A stretch of DNA of 43,433 bases from Minisyncoccota bacterium (GTDB taxonomy: Bacteria; Patescibacteriota; Minisyncoccia; Minisyncoccales; UBA5738): positions 1-43,433 of the forward strand of contig JALOQL010000002.1 of NCBI GenBank assembly GCA_025453415.1, given 5' to 3'. The notes under the pieces were generated by a model. It saw only the letters and a list, made by a program, of their open reading frames with translations. It was not told the DNA's origin and made no database searches. Position numbers and translations under genes: made by a program. Of the stretch, positions 37,468-43,433 are shown one piece after another; within the stretch, counting starts at the first letter, position 1, and each line of letters opens with the position of its first letter.

Positions 37468-37896
37468 TTATTTCCCTATTAAAAAAATCCCGAAAATCAC
37501 GCACAAGATACCGGCAAATGAGTAAACGCCCAAGGAAGAATGGAACAGTATCGGCGCGAGCAAAGCAACGAGGACGAATTGGCATGATTTCAATGTTGTC
37601 GCGTAACCAGGATTCGGTGCCATTTTTATCGCGTTAACATCAAAAAAATTAGCAAAAAGCGAAAATATCGCGGCAATGGCAAAAAATAGAAACATTTTCG
37701 GCGTCACGGCGTAAAGATCGCTTTTCTCAATGGCATTCCAGATGAAAAAACCCAGGAACACCAGCCCGAAAAGGAAAAAATTCAAGACCAAGGGTTTGAC
37801 GCCCATCAATAACAATTTTTTATAAACCAATATCATCGCCCCGTAAAAAACCGCGGCCAGCAATCCGCTCACGAACCAATTTTGTATTATTGGCAT
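37468..37896 (-). CDS. Half-size EamA/DMT membrane protein (~5 TM)
   Basis: 142 aa hydrophobic protein with the APNPGY motif shared with 8390..9241. Confidence 0.8.
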   Translation of the reverse strand: MPIIQNWFVSGLLAAVFYGAMILVYKKLLLMGVKPLVLNFFLFGLVFLGFFIWNAIEKSDLYAVTPKMFLFFAIAAIFSLFANFFDVNAIKMAPNPGYATTLKSCQFVLVALLAPILFHSSLGVYSFAGILCVIFGIFLIGK

Positions 37897-37923
37897 AAGA
37901 TTGATCCTCGCCTCTTGCGATAA

Positions 37924-38775
37924 CTAATATTCATAAAAACCCTTTTTTGTTTTACGCCCTAAATATCCTCGTTCTACCATTTCCCGGATAAGCGGACAAG
38001 GACGGTATTTTTTGTCGGAAAAACCCTGCTCAAGACCTTCCATTATCCTCAAACAAACGTCCAAACCAATCAAATCGGCCAGCTCCAGCGGCCCCATGGG
38101 AAATTTGCCGCCTAATTTCATTATTCTGTCGATATCCTCTTTTGACGCAATCCCCTCCTGCAAACAAAAAGCTGCTTCATTGATCATGGGCAAAAGCAGG
38201 CGGTTCAGCAAAAAACCCGGGGAATCCTTGACCAATACCGGAACCTTGCCCAGGTTTCGCGCGAATTCCATCGTTCTTTCCACGGTCTTAGCCGAAGTGT
38301 CCGCGCCGGGCGCGACTTCCACCAGATCGATGATGAACGGCGGATTCATAAAATGCATCCCCGTGATCCGCTCCCTTCCGGACAAATCACGCGCGATCTC
38401 GGAAATCGTGATCGCCGAAGTGTTTGATGCCAAGATCGTTTCCGGCGGACAAGCGCGATCCAGCTCGGCAAAAAGCGCTTTTTTGCTGGCCAAATCCTCA
38501 TTGATCGCTTCGCAAACGAACGCCGCGCCGGCGGCCTCGCCGATATCATCGATAATTCGAACCTGTTTGAGCGCCTTTTCAAAATCGGGCTGGGTGATCT
38601 TTCCTTTTTGAAAATCCTTGCCGAATATTTTGCTGATTTCCGCCGCTGCCCGTTGCCGGGCGGCCGCATCGGGTTCGCAAACCAGCACCGCGTAGCCGCG
38701 TCGGGCGCATAAAACGGCGATTCCCTGCCCCATGACCCCCCCGCCAATGACCGCGATTTTATCCATGGGCTGCAT
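37924..38775 (-). CDS. hbd: 3-hydroxybutyryl-CoA / 3-hydroxyacyl-CoA dehydrogenase
   Basis: IGGGVMG, EAINED, ASNTS, GMHFMNP, PGFLLNR, PMGPLELADLIGLD, GRKTKKGFY. Confidence 0.92.
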   Translation of the reverse strand: MQPMDKIAVIGGGVMGQGIAVLCARRGYAVLVCEPDAAARQRAAAEISKIFGKDFQKGKITQPDFEKALKQVRIIDDIGEAAGAAFVCEAINEDLASKKALFAELDRACPPETILASNTSAITISEIARDLSGRERITGMHFMNPPFIIDLVEVAPGADTSAKTVERTMEFARNLGKVPVLVKDSPGFLLNRLLLPMINEAAFCLQEGIASKEDIDRIMKLGGKFPMGPLELADLIGLDVCLRIMEGLEQGFSDKKYRPCPLIREMVERGYLGRKTKKGFYEY

Positions 38776-38788
38776 ATTAAAATTGATT

Positions 38789-39370
38789 TTAAGCTAATCC
38801 GACCTCCTGACCTTTCTTGGTATATTTCCGGCCGCAAGCCGAACAGCTTCCCGCTTCTTGGCCACCGGATCCAGAAACAAATTCCAATTTAATGCCGCAT
38901 TCGCAGACCCAACCGATCTGCTTGGCCGGCACGCCCACCATCAACGCGTGATCGGGAACTTGGCCTTTGACCACCGCGCCGGCGCCAATGAGCGCCCATT
39001 TGCCGATGGTCGAACCGCAAACGACCGTCGAGTTGGCGCCAAGAGTAGCACCTTCTTTGACCAGCGTCGGCAACCATTCTTCCTTGGTCTTTGGATATTT
39101 TGCCCGCGGATTCAAATCGTTGGTAAATACCGCCGACGGACCCACAAAAACATAATCCTCCAAGGTAACCTTATGCCAAACATCGGTGTTGGACTGGATC
39201 TTGACGCCGTTGCCGACAGTCACTTCGCCGACCAAGCAATTATGGCCGATAACGCAATTTTCTCCAATGACCGCTCCCTCGAGCACTTGGGCGTTGTGCC
39301 AAATCTTTGTTCCGTCGCCGATAACGGCCTTCGGGGAAACTTCGGCGGTACTATGAATGGTAATCGGCAT
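38789..39370 (-). CDS. wbpD: WbpD-like hexapeptide N-acyltransferase with C-terminal Cys4 zinc ribbon
   Basis: GTKIWH, VFTNDLNPR, GATLGANST, GVPAKQIGWVCECG...CSACG. Confidence 0.88.
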   Translation of the reverse strand: MPITIHSTAEVSPKAVIGDGTKIWHNAQVLEGAVIGENCVIGHNCLVGEVTVGNGVKIQSNTDVWHKVTLEDYVFVGPSAVFTNDLNPRAKYPKTKEEWLPTLVKEGATLGANSTVVCGSTIGKWALIGAGAVVKGQVPDHALMVGVPAKQIGWVCECGIKLEFVSGSGGQEAGSCSACGRKYTKKGQEVGLA

Positions 39371-40151
39371 ATAATTTTTCGATAAGTTCGATGGGCGGCA
39401 AAACCTCGGCGGGAGTCACGCCCTTTCCCCGCGTCAAGTCGCGGTAAACGAACTGGTGCAGGTTTTCTTCGGCTAAATTTTCCTTCTTTGAAAAATTTAC
39501 CTGCTCGCCATTAATGGTAAATTCCCTTTTCCACGGCTCATCGATCTTGGCGCCGACGCTAACCCGCCACGCGCAATCATAGTTCGCGCCTTTAATGATC
39601 CCGGTGCCGGTCTTACCGTCAAACGCATCCATTCTCGCTTCGGTCGCTGGTCCGAAAAGATTCAACAACAGCTCAAAATAGTGAGGGCCTAAAACGAAGA
39701 GCGGGCCGCCCGACCGATCGATATCACCTTTCCAACCCTCGAAATAGTGCCGGTCGCGGTAAACAAAAATATCCATTTTAATATCGTATCGCTCCTTGGC
39801 GGAAATTTCCTTTTCCAAGCGTTGGTATTCCGGATGGTAACGCAATTGCTGGACCACGAATATGTTTTGGCGTTTCATCAAATCGCGGATGTGTTCGGAT
39901 TTGATCGCCATGGGTTTTTCGCTCAAAACGATCTTCCCCGCCTCGTTGGCCGCGACCGCGATCGGATAATGCAGATAATTGGGCGCCAGCACGACAGCGC
40001 AATCCGCCTCGGGATTGGCAACCAATTTTTTCCACTCTTCTCCCCGGCCGTGCGTGATATCGCAAACGTCAACAATCTCGCCGCCGGTTTCGCGGATGGC
40101 CCGCAAATGGTTGCGGAAAATAAATCCTGTACCAATGATAACAAACTTCAT
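39351..40151 (-). CDS. wbpB: WbpB-like Gfo/Idh/MocA oxidoreductase (UDP-GlcNAcA 3-dehydrogenase)
   Basis: Start ATG 40151 (MKFVIIGTGFI), PNYLH, EKP, QLRYHP, WKGDIDRSGG. Confidence 0.82.
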   Translation of the reverse strand: MKFVIIGTGFIFRNHLRAIRETGGEIVDVCDITHGRGEEWKKLVANPEADCAVVLAPNYLHYPIAVAANEAGKIVLSEKPMAIKSEHIRDLMKRQNIFVVQQLRYHPEYQRLEKEISAKERYDIKMDIFVYRDRHYFEGWKGDIDRSGGPLFVLGPHYFELLLNLFGPATEARMDAFDGKTGTGIIKGANYDCAWRVSVGAKIDEPWKREFTINGEQVNFSKKENLAEENLHQFVYRDLTRGKGVTPAEVLPPIELIEKLYADYHS

Positions 40152-40155
40152 ATGA

Positions 40156-41478
40156 TTAGAATCGAAAAACATTTTTATGATTGCGCGATTTGACCGCATT
40201 GCGGGTATCGATGACCAGCTTGGCGTTTTCGGCCAATTTTTCATAATCAAAACCCGAATGGTCGGTTAAAATGACCACCGCGTCATAGTCTTCGGCCGCG
40301 CCAATGCCTTCGGCCAAGGAACGCAGCGCTACCGGATGGCCGTTTTTCAGCATGTAATTTCCGGCCGGGACAGAAAATTCGGAAATATGGGGATCGAAAT
40401 AATCAACCTTGGCGCCTTTGCGCAAAAGATTGGCGATGATATCGGCCGCGCCGCCTTCGCGCGGATCGTTGATATCCCTTTTATAGGCCACGCCCCAGAT
40501 CAATATCTTGGAACCGTTGAGGGGTTTCCCGGCCCGGTTGAGCGCAAACCCGGTTTTAGCAACGACATTGTGCGGCATCTGCTCGTTGATCTCCCCGGCA
40601 AGTTCGATAAAACGCAGCCAGAAGTTGTACTCTTTGGCTTTCCATGAAAGATAGAACGGGTCGAGAGGGATGCAATGGCCGCCAACCTTTGGCGAAGGAT
40701 AAAAGGCCTGGAATCCGTAGGGCTTGGTCTTGGCCGCCTCGATCACTTCCCAAATATCAATATCCATCTTGCCGCAAAGGAGCGCCAGCTCATTGATGGC
40801 GGAAATATTGATCAACCGGTAGGTATTTTCCAGGATCTTGGTCATTTCCGCGGCACGCGCCGACGAAACCGGATGGACGTGCTTCAAAAACTGCGAATAG
40901 AACAACGCGGCCAGCTTGGTGCACTCGGGCGTAATCCCGCCCACCACCTTGGGCACTTCGTTGAGCGGCATGGTATTGCCCGGGTCGATGCGCTCGGGCG
41001 CGAACGCCAAATAAAAATCCTGGCCGCACTTCAGCTCGCCTTCCTCGAACATCGGCAAAAGCACCTCGTCGGTCGTACCCGGATAAGTGGTGCTTTCCAG
41101 GACGATCAGCTGCCCCGGCCGCAAATATTTTTTAATTTCCCTTGCCGAATTTTGGATATAGGAAATATCGGGAATCTTGTATTTGTCCAAAGGCGTGGGC
41201 ACGCAAATGATTATCACATCGGCATTCTTGAGCGACGCGAAATCAATCGAAGCGGTAAATTTTTCCGCTTCGATTATTTTTTTGAGGTCGCCGTCTTTCA
41301 CGTCCTGGATGTAGGATTCCCCGCGGTTCAGCGCTTCCACCCTTTTTTGCTGGATATCCAACCCGATGACATTCATCCCGGCATTGGCGATCTCCAGCGC
41401 GTGCGGCAGCCCCACATACCCCATTCCGATTATCGCGACCTTCGCCTCCTTCCTCCCGATCAGTTCATTTAGGTTCAT
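40156..41478 (-). CDS. wbpA: UDP-N-acetylglucosamine 6-dehydrogenase (WbpA family)
   Basis: GMGYVGLP, CVPTP, ESTTYPGTT, PERIDPG, KILENTYR, GGHCIPLDP. Confidence 0.92.
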   Translation of the reverse strand: MNLNELIGRKEAKVAIIGMGYVGLPHALEIANAGMNVIGLDIQQKRVEALNRGESYIQDVKDGDLKKIIEAEKFTASIDFASLKNADVIIICVPTPLDKYKIPDISYIQNSAREIKKYLRPGQLIVLESTTYPGTTDEVLLPMFEEGELKCGQDFYLAFAPERIDPGNTMPLNEVPKVVGGITPECTKLAALFYSQFLKHVHPVSSARAAEMTKILENTYRLINISAINELALLCGKMDIDIWEVIEAAKTKPYGFQAFYPSPKVGGHCIPLDPFYLSWKAKEYNFWLRFIELAGEINEQMPHNVVAKTGFALNRAGKPLNGSKILIWGVAYKRDINDPREGGAADIIANLLRKGAKVDYFDPHISEFSVPAGNYMLKNGHPVALRSLAEGIGAAEDYDAVVILTDHSGFDYEKLAENAKLVIDTRNAVKSRNHKNVFRF

Positions 41479-41485
41479 ATTGCCT

Positions 41486-43222
41486 TTATTGGCTTAAAAT
41501 TTCGTTTAATTTCTTGCGCGTCGCCGGGCCCACGTAACCGGTGCCGTTCTTGTACCCGTAGGGCGTCAGGATCGCCGCCGCGTATTTTTCCTGGAATTTG
41601 GTCACCGCCGCTTTGGTTTCTTCGGAATACCGGCCGTTGAGCGTCACCGCCATACCTTCGTTTTTCAAGATCTGCTGGAGGCAGTAGACCTGGTTGTAGT
41701 TTTCGATGCCAAAATACAGGTCGGCGGTTACTTGTTTGCAGGAATAATTCACATTTGCCGTCGCCACAGCCAGTTTGGCTAAAAGAAGCGCGCGCAGCCG
41801 CGCGATCTCTTTTTTCAAATAATCGATCTGCGCCAAAAGCTTTGCCTGCAGATCCTGGTCGTTTTGGCCCGCGCTTGGCTGCGCCAGCGTTACCTGCAAC
41901 GAATACAATAAATGCCCGCCGCTGCCGTTGCTGCCGAATCTCGAGGTTTTTCCGGCCGCGAACGGCATAAGCATCAGCGAAGCATATTGTTTGCCGAAAT
42001 CCGGCAAAGATAAATTCGCCTTCCCGTCGCCGCCCACCGCCAGATCGCCCACTTTGCAGTTTTGGTTATCGGTCGAACAAAGCATATACGGAACCATAAA
42101 ACCGGCTTCGGGCCCGCCCGCAAATGTCAGCGTCAAATTGCCGCCGCCGCCCACGATCTTTTGCCAGCTTCCGGAAAAATAATCCGCGTTATAAGTAACC
42201 CCCAGCGATACCTGGTCGGAACTCGGCAGGAAATTGATGCGCGGAGCGACATTATAGTTTTTGAGGCCCGTGAATTTATAGCAATATTGGCCGCCCAAAC
42301 GGCAATCGTTAGCCGCCAGCGCCACAAGCCAGTTGCGGAAAACCTGGATGAAATCAATGTTATGGCCGTTTTTACGCAAAGCATAATTAAAAGAATCGAT
42401 ACCGGTCTTTTCGGTGAGCATCGTGTCGGCGATCACGCCCGTTCCGTACTGGTCCACAACGTACTGCATGAAAAGATGCGCCGCGCCGTAGTTTGCCGGT
42501 TTGTTCGCCCACTCCACCAAACTCTTGGTCGTGTCTCCAGAAAACGATTTTACCCGCTGTTCGAAATTGCTGCCCGCATAGGGATTGTCGTATCCCAGAA
42601 CAGTCGACGAATAATCCGCGCGCGCCTCGTTGGCCCAAACCTCATCGGTCACGCCACGCAGGCGATCCTTTTGGTTGAAAGTTATCAAATGGGTAAACTC
42701 ATGCGCCAAATAGGCCTTGGCCAGCGCCGCATCGACGAATTTGGTATTAAAATAGACCATTTCCCGCTCGTTGGAGGCCGGCACCTGGTTTTTGGTGTAG
42801 CCATCGCCGGTGTTAATATAACCGCCGGCATCCTTGATCATGGGATGGACCAGGACCGTGATCTTGCCGTCCTTATTGACCACCGGATTGACATCGGTAC
42901 CCCAAAGCGAGGTCAGCTTAGGGGAAATATTGTTGTGAAATTCCGTATCCAGGCTTTGAAACGCGGCGCTGTACTTCACCTTATCGCCGGCCGCCAGGCT
43001 ATTCCACCATTGGTCGTCGACATAAAAATATATCCGGCCACCCACCCAGACCAGAGTGGCCGAAAGCTTGGCGCGGCCGGTCAAATCATAAGTTTTGTCG
43101 ATATTGAAAGTAAAATTGTTGCCGTAAGTGTCGGCAAAAACGCCGTACGGCAAAGATACCGCCAGCGCCGCAAAAACGAGACAAAACAAAAAAGTACCGG
43201 TTTTTACCGCAAAGTTTCGCAT
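41486..43222 (-). CDS. Secreted zinc metallopeptidase-like protein (M30-like HEXXH) with coiled coil and C-terminal peptidoglycan-binding domain
   Basis: Signal peptide ending VFA-D; AHEFTH followed by WANEA; LLAQIDYLKKEIARL coiled coil; LQQIL...G.YSEETKAAVTKFQ...TGYVGPATRKKLN. Confidence 0.8.
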   Translation of the reverse strand: MRNFAVKTGTFLFCLVFAALAVSLPYGVFADTYGNNFTFNIDKTYDLTGRAKLSATLVWVGGRIYFYVDDQWWNSLAAGDKVKYSAAFQSLDTEFHNNISPKLTSLWGTDVNPVVNKDGKITVLVHPMIKDAGGYINTGDGYTKNQVPASNEREMVYFNTKFVDAALAKAYLAHEFTHLITFNQKDRLRGVTDEVWANEARADYSSTVLGYDNPYAGSNFEQRVKSFSGDTTKSLVEWANKPANYGAAHLFMQYVVDQYGTGVIADTMLTEKTGIDSFNYALRKNGHNIDFIQVFRNWLVALAANDCRLGGQYCYKFTGLKNYNVAPRINFLPSSDQVSLGVTYNADYFSGSWQKIVGGGGNLTLTFAGGPEAGFMVPYMLCSTDNQNCKVGDLAVGGDGKANLSLPDFGKQYASLMLMPFAAGKTSRFGSNGSGGHLLYSLQVTLAQPSAGQNDQDLQAKLLAQIDYLKKEIARLRALLLAKLAVATANVNYSCKQVTADLYFGIENYNQVYCLQQILKNEGMAVTLNGRYSEETKAAVTKFQEKYAAAILTPYGYKNGTGYVGPATRKKLNEILSQ

Positions 43223-43224
43223 AT

Positions 43225-43257
43225 TTGTAATATATTACAATTCCCCTTGATTGAAAA
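43225..43257 (-). promoter_or_regulatory. Candidate near-leaderless promoter of the glycan operon overlapped by a 16-bp perfect palindrome
   Basis: TTTTCA (43257-43252), 17 nt, TATATT (43234-43229), 6 nt, ATG 43222; palindrome TTGTAATATATTACAA at 43225-43240. Confidence 0.5.
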
Positions 43258-43280
43258 GCACAGAGGCCTTGCCTCTGTGC
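43254..43280 (-). terminator. Rho-independent terminator of the upstream gene
   Basis: Perfect 10-bp stem GCACAGAGGC/GCCTCTGTGC, 3-nt loop, followed by TTTT on the minus strand, ~55 nt after the stop at 43334. Confidence 0.7.
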
Positions 43281-43333
43281 CAAACCGCTTGCCTTGATCT
43301 CCATACGAAGATTGCCCTCTGCATGGCCCCAAT

Positions 43334-43433
43334 CTATTTCCTCCTATTGGTGAAGGTGCAGGTCACCTTCATCCCCTTGGACATCTTGAAGCTTTGGACA
43401 AAATTTATTTGCGACATGCTCGACGAGCACGAC
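43334..43433 (-). CDS. 3' end of an upstream gene, probably a surface protein ending in a SpaA/prealbumin-like beta-sandwich
   Basis: Frame reads SCSSSMSQINFVQSFKMSKGMKVTCTFTNRRK-stop; VTCTFTN resembles the last strand of such repeats; followed by a terminator. Confidence 0.5.
   Translation of the reverse strand, partial: SCSSSMSQINFVQSFKMSKGMKVTCTFTNRRK

Noticed and set aside
38736..38742. C7/G7 tract in hbd as a phase-variation site
   Set aside because: It encodes the Gly-rich Rossmann motif (GGGVMG), so protein constraint explains it.
7689..40250. Extended N-termini in the ORF track (starts 8561, 14415, 22462, 27865, 30086, 40250)
   Set aside because: Most extensions overlap upstream genes and all precede the family-typical N-terminus; downstream ATGs (8378, 14391, 22396, 27772, 30011, 40151) fit better.
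476..43297. Long plus-strand ORFs (476..1390, 3148..4566, 18018..19328, 18790..20136, 28857..29990, 35232..36260, 42062..43297 and others)
   Set aside because: They lie antisense to well-supported minus-strand genes, have no recognisable motifs, and are expected shadows of GC-rich codon usage.
43086..43304. 72-aa minus-strand ORF upstream of the peptidase
   Set aside because: It crosses a terminator and overlaps the peptidase gene out of frame, with no recognisable motif.

Overview
Gene-dense window holding a ~41.5 kb, almost entirely minus-strand surface-glycan locus of Wzx/Wzy type. In transcription order (right to left): a secreted HEXXH peptidase/peptidoglycan-binding protein; a wbpA-B-D-E-I-like 2,3-diamino-uronic acid pathway interrupted by a 3-hydroxyacyl-CoA dehydrogenase and a half-size DMT transporter; a Wzy-like polymerase; 8 glycosyltransferase domains (GT2/GT4); two flippases (one fused to a GT4 and internally deleted); 4 SAM methyltransferases; a radical SAM/twitch enzyme; an AsnB-like ligase without Cys2; a minimal MtaD-like deaminase; a PIG-L deacetylase plus LpxD-like acyltransferase; a PglC-like initiating transferase; a TPP E1 alpha/beta pair without E2/E3; a DMT/TIM-barrel/HAD trio; then DegT, PglF/CapD, Wzz and an O-antigen-ligase-like gene running off the left edge. 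One AT-richer plus-strand gene (degenerate PP2C fold) interrupts the locus. Gene style suggests a CPR/Parcubacteria-like host (inference only). The best candidate for an undescribed system is a self-provisioning glycan-tailoring module: deacetylate/re-acylate with 3-hydroxybutyryl, TPP-dependent C2 branching, amide ligation, multiple methylations, and built-in SAM by-product disposal and transport. Notable DNA-level signals are a 127-bp branched inverted-repeat element, three phased GTATATAC palindromes inside a gene, and a G7 tract that decides whether flippase and GT4 are fused. No RNA genes, CRISPR arrays or transposases were seen. All product calls come from motif recognition by eye, not database searches.
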